Shown: piece by piece, positions 48,219 through 60,365 of the stretch
Position numbering within the stretch: the stretch's first letter is position 1
Layout of the letters: each line of letters starts with the position of its first letter
Source of the DNA: Tubiluchus corallicola
Lineage: Eukaryota; Animalia; Priapulida
Assembly (NCBI GenBank): GCA_030141605.1
Contig: JAQGDQ010000025.1
Coordinates: 62,001 to 126,000, forward strand
DNA: 64,000 bases
Direction of reading: 5' to 3'
Made by a program: the position numbers and the translations under genes
The notes under the pieces: generated by a model
Databases searched by the model: none
What the model was told of the DNA's origin: nothing
Seen by the model: only the letters and a program-made list of their open reading frames with translations

Positions 48219-48807
48219 TTATTATCGTCTTTACTGAACCAAAGGCTCATCTGTTTTCGCTTGATTGCTATATTTTAAAATTGTTCTGTGCACGTTTTAT
48301 CAAATTGGGTGTAGTCCAAATGTTTTACCAATTAAACTACAACTTATTAAAACTAAGTGTGACTTCAAAAAAGTTAAGCTTTGCGTCTGTTACCTTCAAA
48401 TTTTGTAACGTTTGGCGCACATGTGCATTGTTTTTGCTGTCCTTTTAATTACGTTTTCAGTAATTAAGTATCTTACTAGCTCTGCAGACAGTAACTTTTA
48501 AATTATTTATTCTGCCTGATTGTGAAGTTATGGTGCTATCAGATTTGAATGTACGAAGTAACTTTGGCCACTATATGTACGTTATCTGTAAGTTAAAGGT
48601 AAACGTGATCATAGTGCAAATATTGTTGCAAGCAAAGATCAGTGTCTGCATGATTTCTTGCGCCCTGCTTACAGTAGCTGCTGCTGTGTTAAACTGATCT
48701 CGACCCATGTTTATTAGCCTCTCCTATTAGTGTCACAATAAATGCACACTTGTTGAGGTGTGTGTACTTCCTGAAAGGGTTATACTGATAGTTTTATAAA
48801 TTTAATC

Positions 48808-51800
48808 ATGTTGGATTTTGATGATATTCTGCCATATATTGGCGGTTTTGGACGTTTTCAGTTATATGTTTATGTGCTTTTGGTTGGACCTATGCTTTAC
48901 AGTTGCATGCCAGTTCTGAACAGAATCTTCTTTACTACTATTCCGGACCATTGGTGCCAGGTTCCAGAACTGGATGCCTGGAACTTGACTGTAGAGGAAA
49001 TCAAAGGTTTCACGTTGCCCTTGGAGATGAGAGATGGTGTAATGCAGCTCAGTCAATGCTTCATGTATAGTGCCAACTTTAGTGATATATTAATGGCTGG
49101 CGGTGATCCCATACCTGATACCAACTGGTCCAAGATACCATGTCAGAACGGATGGGAGTACTCAAAGATCTATTTTGAAAGTACAATTGCCACTGAGGTA
49201 AGCGAACTTATTGTGTAGTGGTGCTGTATGGTGTACATAGCCCGAACAGCAAAATTCTTAATTACTTTATACAAAAAGTACAACATCGATGTTGCAGACT
49301 ATTAATCATTACTTATTTATTAGAAATTAAGTAAAGATAATGCATTATGTTGTACCATAGACTTCGTTTGCTCACTTGTGCAGACTACAGAGTGCAGTAT
49401 TACAGAGAAGCGTGTGTGAAACGCACCACTTTTAAGACTGTTAAAACATTCCACTTACATTCCGCAGACCAGACCAGCCCGAGCTGCATCTGAAACAGGA
49501 AGAAGCTGACCCAGTCCAATAATTAGAGCAAACCCAGAGCGCGATAAGGCCTATCTACAGATCAGGATCTAGCCTTTCGAGGGACTTCAGCAGTTAACAT
49601 TGTTGTCATGATTTGGGGTTGTAACTAAAATAAATTACTAGATTCTTGGCATCCTGACACCTGAAATTCTGTTATGGACCTAATGCAATAATGCACGTTT
49701 TGTATGTTATGCCACGATTATTCATTTTGTACTACTCATGTTTTCCAAGCAGTCACCAACATTCTATGAGGACTTACAATAAGTAAAGGCCGCTGAGGCA
49801 CCGTCTCGAAATTTGCTACTGACGTGTTTTTGAATACTGTCAGACTTAAACCCTGTTTAGACTGTCGATGGTCCCCGTCGTGATTAGGTGACTGACACTC
49901 AAACTCGTCATTTTTGCATGTCATGCTTTTCCGATGAGTCTCTGTGTTAAAATCATCGGGCTTTCCTGGAGATCGAACAAAGCTTTGCAAAAAAAGCAGT
50001 AATAGCGTGCAAAAAATTCGGTCTACTAATTAGGTTAGTCTCGTCCGGTTAGGATGTGCAATGCTGACTTCACGCTTGTCACCCACTCACGTTCGCGACG
50101 AATCATAGAGGACAACCCGACAGTCTAAACAGGCCATAAGTCTTCGCAAACAGAAATCCTAACATTTCGTACTTTTTGCAGTGGGACTTGGTTTGCGACA
50201 AATCTTATATAGGAAGTCGTATCCTCTCCATTCTTCAGTTTGCTTCCATTCCTGGATTAATTGTATTTGGAGCTATTGGTGATGCGTAAGTAGATCAATT
50301 AAATGCACCTAATACAAGATTTGTAAATAAACACAATATTTGTACAGTACTTTGCAAAAGGTGATTATGAAAGTGGGAAAGTTAATCATCTGAGTAATAG
50401 ATTTGCGCTTTTTCAGATGATGGTTACCTGTGGCTAAATAAGCTTTTGTTACCGTTACACAAGATTAAACACCTTTCGTTACATCACTAGTGTCATCATC
50501 CTTATCATTGCTATCATTACCACCGTTGCTAGTCAGGTAATCATCGTGATCATAGCATCAAGGTTGTTTGTGTCATAAGTTTGCGATGGTTATTTAACTA
50601 TAAAAAGTTGCGATCGTCATCATCAGCATCGTCATCAGAAATGTCATTATCGCCGTGATTCTCGTCATCATTCTCACATCATCATCGTTGTCGTCGTCGT
50701 CGTTGGCATCAACATCATCATCATCTTAAACTTCATCATCGTCGTCATTGCCAACGTCATCATCGTCGTCGTCGTCATCATCATATCATCGTCTTTATCA
50801 TCGTAATAATTTTCGTGGTCATCACCACGTAAATGCCATGTGTCAAATCTGTTTTACAGGTTAGGAAGACGAGCGGAATTTTTTTTATCTCTAGTTCTCG
50901 TTGTTTCCGGGTTTACTGTCGGACTGGCTCCAAATCCGTACGTATTCACAGCACTGTCGTTCGTGTCTGGCATGGCGATACCTGCATTTTATCTTGCTCC
51001 GTACTTGTTATGTAAGCACAAGGTTACATTTACTGATTATATAAGGAATACGTAGACCTGTAATACAATTGTAGTTAGTCAAATTTATGTTTGCTTACAA
51101 TATTAGCTGGTAAGATAGAGTGTAAAGGTCAAGAACTGTCAAAGTATAGTTCAACTTGTTCTCTAACAGGTTGTTAACCATAGACGGTTAACAAACCGGT
51201 ATGTTTACCTGACTGCATTTCTTTTAGATTCTAGTTACAGGAACAATTACAATTTCGATTTATGCGCGTCATAGCTTTGATAATTTTCAGTGTCATGGCG
51301 CGTTCAGACTACAGAGTTTTCTATCTGACAGCACAAACTCGGAAGTGTGAACTGCCTTGTTCTATAAGAATTCTGTAAAAAAAACATGTTTAAAAAGTTC
51401 GTCAAGCAATACAAGTTTTTTTTATTCCTTACAATTATTGTATTAAATGTTTTTGTGCGATTTGTTTTCAGCTGTTGAAATTTTGTTACCGGACAGACGA
51501 GCTTGCGCATCAGTGATGATTTGGGTATTTTGGGCTTTTGGATACATGCTGCTGGCCTTTGTTGCATCTGTGTTCAACTCCTGGCGAGAGCTAGCATTTA
51601 TCACAACACTTCCAGCTGCTGTGTTCTTCATTTATTTTTGGTTTGTTGCAGCTGTTGTTATTATTAAACTCATTGTCTCTCTGGAAGCTTGACAGTAAGC
51701 CTACATTGTAATTGTTGCAGAATGGAAGGGCCACATTGATATGTACACAAATGCTGTGCACCACCAATTTCAGTTTTAATACCAGTTTTGTATTAATTTG

Positions 51801-54800
51801 CTGTATGAAGAGTGGTACATAATCTTTGTTAGAGTGTGCAGAAACAATGAGTAATAGTACAGAAGGATTTATTATATTGAAGTATTGCCCTCACATTTGG
51901 CATGGAAGCCTTGTATGCCCCGCACAGCCTATAATCTTAAAGGTATATAATCAGAGCAATGATATAGAAACTCTATGATTAGTTTTTTTTTAACTGAATG
52001 GGTTGGAAATTCCACGGACCTCAACCTCGCCAAACACACTGGGGTTATTATGAAAGACAAAGTACGCGCAAAGATGACAAAAACATGTCATTGATTACTA
52101 TTCAACAAATTTGTGTATACTAGCAAGAATAAGCTTGTGAGATTTTTTGGAGGATCTTGAGTTCTTCTAATCACTGCTATAATCAAGATTGCAAGCTGTG
52201 GGAAATGTTCGAGGTTTCCACGCCAAATTTTTGTTTGAAAAACATTCTGATGTAACAAATTGTTCTGCACTATTAATAATTCGTTATTGTACCACCTCCC
52301 CAGCAAAAAATTATGTACCTTATCTTACCTTTCTGTTTATATTCACCATGTTGCACACAATGCTCAGTAAAAACAAAAATATTTATTTTGAACGACGTAA
52401 TACTTATTAGTGTATAACCTACAGGTTTTGGCTATGCAGCACTGTAAACGCATACATTACTGACTGGTCCCAAGGTGGATTTCAAGCTTGTGTTTGTTTT
52501 CCTTTACTATAGGTTACTTCCAGAATCTCCTCGATGGTACATGACTACCGGAAGGCTGGAACAAGGAAACGAATTAATACGGCGGATAGCTGACATAAAT
52601 GGGCGCTCTATACCGCCTGGTGAATTAGAAAAACTTAACGTAGGTCAAATTAGACTCTTTATAGACATTAGTTCCAATGTGGAGCTGTAGTTTTTCTAAA
52701 TGATGCTGCTTAATGCTTTTTGTTTAGGTCCTGGGAACTTTCGTGCACTTCAATTAGGAAGGCCCGACTCTCCTTATTTAGCGTTGTTCTTATTCCCACG
52801 AATAGTTAACATTAAGTTTTTGTACCTTTGAGAAACCCAAGACCTAGTACTAGAGAACAAAAACATTTGTGTTAAGGCATGCAGGTTAATTGAAGGTAGC
52901 GTGCTTTTTCACTGTATCAGGAGTTGATGTGGAATTATATTATACTATTCTAACATTTCAAAAAACCGCATAGGAAAAAATCAGTATAATTTCATATCCA
53001 TAAGAAGTGGTAATTTGTAGTCACTTTAATAATCTGTACTTATTAGGAAGCGATGACAAAGATGGACAATGAGTCGGCACTTACGGAACAAGTTCACAGT
53101 TTCTTTCAGCTTTTCCTGCGACCAAGGCTGCTATTTAGACTCATCATGGTCTGCTTCTTATGGTATAATTATCAAAATGCGCCATTATTTGAATTGTAGT
53201 AATCATTATTGCATAAGTTCAAGAAATAAAAATTAATCTTATTGAAAAAAACAGTTTCGAGAACGAGCCACTGGAGTACCTAGTGGTGACTAGTGGTTCA
53301 CAGGGCGTACAGTAGGATACTAAATCAGGTATATGCATAAGACTGGACAAGATATAACAATGGGCCGTTGCAACAGTGACGTATGAGATGTGAAACACGT
53401 GATATACAGCTATAAACCCAAAATAAAGAAACAACAAGACACATGGTTTACCTCACATCAACGATCAAGCTCTTCATTAACAATCGTTTGACTTAACGTG
53501 AAGTCAAAACACATTCGAGTGGCGTTATACTAGAAAAGAAAGGAAAAGAACACAGAGAATAATAGAACAAATACAGAACAACGTAAAATACTCGCAAAAC
53601 ACACGGCATACGACCTAGGGCAAGCTACCGAGGTTACTAATAAAAAGAGAACAGGAAGGAACCGAACATGAAGCCAGACAGACTAATCTGTCTAAGAGAA
53701 ACTTACCAGTAAAATGGACAAGTCTTCATTAAGCCACGTGCCAAGCTAAAAAGATGAAACACGACAACTTTAAAATATTAATGAAGAAATGTGATTACTC
53801 TTTTGTATATTATTTATTCTAATTTTGCTCTGAAATTATACATAAAATTGATGAGATTTTTTGACTTGCACAACAAATGATACGCTCCACAGCTGTGACA
53901 ATGAATTATTAATAACTTGTAGCAGAGAATTTATTATGTAACAAGTTACGGAAATCTCAGCTTAGGTAGCTATTTTTATACTTTTCTGTTATTATAGGAC
54001 AGTAAATGCCATTGTGTACATTTGCCTGATGTATATTACCCCAGCACTAACCGAGAATCCTTTTATTGGATTCCTTATCTCTGGTGCTATTGAAGTGCCT
54101 TGCTATCTCATTATTGGTCCACTGATGCAGCAATTTGGTAGGAGAAAACCGGAAGTTATATCTCTGGGACTCTGCGCGATTTTCTTAATTGTAAGCGGCT
54201 TCGTTAACCCGGCAGGTAAATACAGCTCTGCACAGTTTTACTTGCCGTTCTTAAACAAGTTGTGATAAAATGGTATCAAAATTATGATTAAAAACACGTT
54301 AAACTGAATTGAAATGACACTGGGTTTTCAGGCTAATGCGATAAAGTAGCTAATTATTTCGAGGATACTTTGAGACTCGCGTGAATATCATCATCAGATT
54401 TTGGTTATAAAAAAACGAAAACATGCGGCCCAAACTACCAGAGAAAACGGCAGTCAAACACAAATCAAATTAAGTTATGAAATAGTGAAAGCTGAACTGC
54501 TTTGGAAAGTAGGTAAACATTTTCACAGCTTCACATTCTCAATTAGTGCACTAAAAAGTGAACATACCTTTTACCTAGAGGTTATACGAAAATAACGAGT
54601 AACAGTGCAAAACAATTGCATCAAAGTATTGCTGAATTAATTGCAAATCTGTCATGCCTTCAAAATTTAGTGTGGCGACCTCGTGCACCTCGCACAACCT
54701 GCAGTGTTTAGTAGAATGATTAAATCAGCGATTCGAAGAAGAATTCAAGATCCCGCAACACACCTTGCAGATGTCTCATAAGCTTGCCTGTTGAATTCTA

Positions 54801-57257
54801 GTCCATAGCATGCCTTTATCACTATAGCGTCCCCTCTGCCTTTCAGGAAGGCGGCAGTGTTTTTGATGGGATTGCGATCTGTCGAGTTTCTAATTCATTC
54901 AGTTCGACCGTAAAAGTGTTTTCGAATCGCTCTTCCTATCATGCTTTTAAGACTGCAGCCATTAGACTTCCGACAGTAAACTCTGAGGGCATAATAGATT
55001 CACAATTGTTTTACTAATACAGTACTTTGATCTAACAAATTGTTCTACGCTATTACTCGTCGTTTTTGTGCTCTCTCCCCAGCAAAAGGTTATGTACCAT
55101 CATATATAATCTCTCTTTGTGGACGACCATAAACTTATATATAGACACTGGTTTGCATTTCGTCTTTACTTTGATATCGAGCTTGATTTTTATTTGAGCA
55201 TTATCCCGGAAGATGAAAACAAACATCAAGAAAGCAGGATCATTACACAAGTCATTGTGAGCAAGAGCAAACGATGTTCTGCACAAACTAAAGTCTAGCG
55301 TCAAATTGATTTTCGGGCCAAAATAAATGTGAAAGTTAAGTCAGTGTCCTAACTGTTGACTCGTCAAAAGATCCTCCCTCTCCCCAATTCGTTTTTTCTC
55401 CACAGAGGCATATTCAGACTAGCGAGTTTTCTCACCAAGTAAACTCGTCAAGTAAGTCGCAGACTAGAGAGAAAAACTCGCTGCGAATTACTTTCGGATA
55501 GTAAACACGAGCTGACACTCACTTTCCTCTTCAATGCAATAAGTGTCGAGAAAAATTCGCGGAGGTGTTCACACTAGAGTAGACAGTAACTCGTAGCAAC
55601 TGTCCGTGAGTTTGCAATAACTTGTTGGCAGTAACTCGCAAAGCAGTTCGCTGTTGGAGAGAAAACTCGCTAAACTGAAGGCGAAATATCGCTCAATGAA
55701 GTTGTTATTACACCTGCGCTGGAAAGAGTATTTTTGTGAAATTTCAGAATTTCGCTGGATGATGATACTGTTTACATTGCTAGCAAAAGCAATGGTAACA
55801 ATCGCTTTCACTGTTCTCTACGTCCATGGAGCAGAACTTTTTCCCACAATGATTAGATCCACTGCAATTAGCATAACAGCTGTTATTGCTTCTCTTGTAG
55901 CTACGTCTGCACCTAAAATTGTGTATTTGGTAAGAATTTTTTAATCAAAATAATGAAAAATGTTGTTGCGCCAGCTATATCGTTGCACTAACATTGCAAG
56001 TGGTGACTGTGAGCGAATTTTTCGTGAACATCTTTTGACATTTCAAATACAGAATGCGTCGTGTTTTTATCTGGAATAAGTGAAAATTGACACTTAGCAA
56101 CACAAAATGATGAGACACACGTTGCCACACAAGTATGAGATCACAGTGCTCACAAAACCTATGATACATAATTTCCATAACTTATTCTAACAAAGTTAAC
56201 GTGGATGTATATCTATATTTTAATATTTACATGCTGAAATTTCGGGACAGTTAAAGGCTTATAGTGGTCAAATTGATGTTCAATTTAGTCAGCAGTTAAT
56301 TGTAAAATATTAGAAAATCAAAGCCACACACGTTTTGCTGAATATTTAATTAACACTGAAGTGACTAAGCAATTTCAATATGTTAATTATTTAATAAATA
56401 TTTAGGCTACTGTATAGTTACCAAACATGCATTACTTTCAAAGAATAAAGTGAACACCATTCATGTTGTGGAAAAACTGTTGATTCATTGTTCATTGATT
56501 TTTTGTGAAACGGTGAAGAGCCAGAGGACTGAAACTCCCTAAAATGCCTAATTCAAAGCCATCTATTTTCTTTGAGTGATACATTGATCTTTCTAGGTCT
56601 ATGTGCACGCATCACTTCCAATGTTAATAATGGGATTTTTATCTCTTGCTTGCGCTATTGGAGTATTCTTTTTACCGGAAACAAACAATGAGAAACTTCC
56701 GGAAACGATCGACGAGGCAGACGACTTCGGTCGTAATCAACTCACCTGTATGAACTTTGATTATTTAAGGTAATAAATAAACGATTACTAAATAAACAAA
56801 ACAATCAAAACTGTATTTAAATAAATTTACAACATTAAATAAATATAATACTATCGATTACTAAAAATAATACTATACTAATAATATTATAAAAGTAATA
56901 TTATAAATTTAAACGCACAGAGTCAACGAATTATTGGTGAGCTTTCGACTAAAATATCTTCGTTGGGGCGAAAGAGAAACCAGCTCACTCTGCTCCGCTA
57001 CGACGAACACATTTTAATCGAAAGCTCAGCAGTAAAACATCAAAAAAATTCTGATTTAATTTTTTAAGTTTTTATTTAAGTAAATTTACAGGTGGTGCGC
57101 TGCGTTTGGCATTGTAGTCCTTTGTTATGTATAGCCTTGCATGCATAATCTTTTATTCTTTCATTTTTTGCTGTACCGAGTCTTATTGTTTTAGACTGTT
57201 AACCTACTTTATTTTGTCAGGTGCGGTAGAAAAAGTTCTTACATGAAGCCTATCTAG
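48808..57257 (+). CDS. SLC22 family (organic cation transporter-like) MFS transporter, 555 aa
   Basis: Exons 48808-49197, 50182-50285, 50860-51011, 51472-51640, 52513-52639, 53047-53162, 53998-54215, 55748-55929, 56597-56769, 57221-57257; 1668 nt in frame. Motifs FDDILPYIGGFGRFQ, PDHWC, STIATE|WDLVC, PESPRW, FGRR, ELFPT.IRST, LPET...LPETI. Confidence 0.92.
49850..50135. mobile_element. PIF/Harbinger-like MITE
   Basis: Perfect 16-bp inverted repeat cctgtttagactgtcg / cgacagtctaaacagg with TAA-like flanks. Confidence 0.75.
50490..50825. repeat. Degenerate (CAT/CGT)n low-complexity tract
   Basis: Direct reading; SLC22 intron 2. Confidence 0.8.
51880..52446 (+). mobile_element. Tc1-type transposase relic
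   Basis: EWVGNSTDLNLAKHTGVIMKDKV resembles the WPxNSPDLNP motif; a CACTGTA-like end lies at about 52440. Confidence 0.55.
55407..55685. mobile_element. PIF/Harbinger-like MITE (related to 7283-7480)
   Basis: TIRs ttcagactagcgagttttctc / gagaaaactcgctaaactgaa. Confidence 0.7.
56933..57033. mobile_element. Small inverted repeat with Penelope-type hammerhead-like cores (degenerate)
   Basis: Left arm (reverse complement) ccaacgaagatattttagtcgaaagctca; right arm acgacgaacacattttaatcgaaagctca. Confidence 0.5.
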
Positions 57258-58669
57258 ACAAAGATCAAGAAAGGAAAAAACGGACTCATTGATATCATCC
57301 TTGTAGAGAGTTGAAACTTGTAGAGAGTGTCCAGCCTAGAACCCTAGATACGCTACTTCGAAGCGACTGCTGTTCTGCAGTTACATGTTTCATGACATGG
57401 AAATGTAGTTATAAATTGCTTGTGTGTCTTTATACTTCTGTGTGTCTCAAAAGACATGCAAATTCTTTCTGTAAAAACGTACAATCGATATTTCTTTCCT
57501 GGTATTTCTTTTTTGTAGGTGATAATAAATGATGTTATTATATACAGCATATTATGTATGTTTTGTGTACGCACTACGCCTGTAATTAACATATATCTTC
57601 AATACTTCGTGGGCTCAAGGCAGCAGTAAGCGTCGAACTATAATGACAACAGCCAACAGATAGCGCAGCACCATTTGCGTGTTTGTGCTTTTCACGAGTC
57701 TCTAATTTACTTTTGCTCGGAAGAAGTTGTGACAATTCACTGGCATAGCAGTGTCTAGTTTTTTGCTGGTTCACTGCTGTGTTTACCTGTCTTGAGGACA
57801 GATTTAGTTTATTTTAGAATTCTGCCTGCCCACATGCAAACGTAATGAACATGTAATTATGATGACGATGACGGCGACGACGATGATGATAAACTTATGT
57901 TTTCGTTTTACAGCTGAGAAAATTAAATCAAACAATATTAGCCGATCTTAAAAAATTGATACCGTACAATTGTGTCAGGCAAAATTTAACACTAAAGGAT
58001 AAAAATATTATTCTTTTGCCCCAAAGTGTACTTGAAAACAAATCACAACTGATACTTTTCTACCACAAAATTATATTGCCAATTTTTCTTTTTATTTTGT
58101 AATTATTGTCCGTGGCTTGTAATAAATCAGTGAATAAGCACTTTACAACTTTTATTATAGTATCGATACAATAGTACAGAGCTGAGTGTAACATTATCTT
58201 TTGCTAAGAGGAAGGGCACCCAAACCATGAATTGTAGTGCAGAACACTATTGCATGAAAGTATTGCTGAATCAATAGGCAAGCAATATAATGCCCAACTG
58301 GGTGCGAACAAAAAATCATGAATCATGAATCTGAAGAATTATGAACATACTACGTATTGCTGGTTTCAGCAATATCATGAACTCAATATTCAGTGTAGAA
58401 AGTTTAATTGTGCGTCTCGCCCATCTTGCTGCGTCGTAGATTGACCTCGAAATTCACATTGGAGCTCTTCTGACAAAATAAGCGGTGGTTAAGATAATCA
58501 AAGAACATACCATTTACTGGCATTCAAAGGATTATGTAACCATATGTAATTAACCCAGATAAACTTTACGAATAATAATTAACAAATTTGTCAAATACTG
58601 GACGTTCATTAATACTATTGTATGCTGTATTTGGCAATCTCTTCTAATAGCTCAAAAAATTCAATTAAA

Positions 58670-58890
58670 AAACAGGGAACGAATTACTTTGGGACAGACA
58701 GAGTTTTTGTTAATTTGAAAGGGTTTAGCTCATGTTGCTTCTCAAGCTTGGAAAGATTTGATCCGGTAGCATGTTTATTTGAGTTTTTTGGCTTGGAGAA
58801 AGTTATAAATCTAACTCTTTCTAATCTTTTCCAGGTATTATACGTCTGCATTACTATTACCCAAGCACTATGTTTCACCATTATAACGTC
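58670..58890 (-). mobile_element. Possible degenerate THAP-domain transposon relic
   Basis: VRFITFSKPK...LNPFKLTK followed by a broken CSKHFV-like stretch; weak resemblance only. Confidence 0.3.
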
Positions 58891-60365
58891 CCTATTTTAA
58901 TCAAATTTTAGTTGGAAAAATCTTGTATGACTATAAAACATAATACATGTAATACACGCTTGGCATTAACTCGGGCAGTATATTTCAATACATTGATTGG
59001 CGTTTGCCGATTTGCCTATTTACTGGCAAAGAACATGTTGATAATTTTGTCACGTTCTCAATATTCAGTGTAGAAGACTTGTGCATCTTGTCTGCCAAAG
59101 CGAGAAACAGTCAGAACACTGTAAAAAATCTTCTCTCAAAAATTAGAACGTATGAATGCTATAATTATAAATTATTTTTAATAGATAATCTATCATCAAT
59201 TTGTAAAAATGTCTCGTTTGAATTATTACTAATTGTAACTTTTGTGATTTTGTTGTTTTGGGTAATTATAATTCCAGCTGTAACTGCCTTATGTCAGTGT
59301 AAATAAAATTTGTATAGGTTAAATTGCACAAGTTCTAAATTGTAATTTTCTGCAATTGTACGTATTGTATCTTATTATCTGTCAAGGACTGTTTTATGTA
59401 ATCAGTAACATAATTGCATCTTATTACATTAAGGAATATGTGGTTTTGCAGTGTAGTTACAATGTTTTTAACGTAGTTTTCAAACGTAACACACTTTTGT
59501 AATGTGATTTTTAGCTTTTTTCTTGCAAGAGATGCATTTGCCTTCAACAGTGTATGTTAATTTTAGCTATCACAAAGGAAGTCTATATATGCATTATAAT
59601 AATTTCAATTTTTTATTCTACATGTATTTCTATTATTCTGTTTATTCTTTTCGAAATAATGCTATTTGTAATAAATGTATGTATGTGTATAAATACTCAA
59701 TTACGTTTTACAAGGACTGTGGCAGATACTTCATACATTCTGTAGGGGAATACCTCCCACGATTTTTAATATCGAGGTTATGCATTCAATGTAGTCGGTA
59801 ACAACGTCGACTTACCACTTTTGAATAATAATTAGCAATAATGACTCGAGTGTTGAGTTATGCTATCTAAAAAAAATGGCCAATGTAAAATAAACTCTAC
59901 ATAATTTAAGTATGTTTTAGCTTGTCTATTTTATTATTCCAAGCAATTCAAAATGCAATTCAATTCAGACATTTTGTAACCATAGTAATAATGACTTAAA
60001 TGTAATACTTCAATATATTTTTTCAATTGTGTACAAAATCTCCCTCAGTCATACTTTCCAATAACCTTCAATGGTCTAACTTAAATGGTCGATCTTAAAA
60101 GAAAGACTACATGCCTTCAAAAAGAAATACACAAGTAAAACACTTTTATTCATTTGTTATGCACTAGGCCCTTGCATTAGAAACTAAACTGCAAAATAGT
60201 TCTCAGGACAGTATTAGCACATAACTGAATATTTCTATAGCTATAAACAGATTTTTTAAGCATTGGACACCCTTTAATGTTGCATGTTACAGCTGTACAA
60301 AATCCTGCAATGCAGACAGTTCACCATGCAGTTCACCAAGTTCAGGCGCAGGTTCAAATGTGAGT

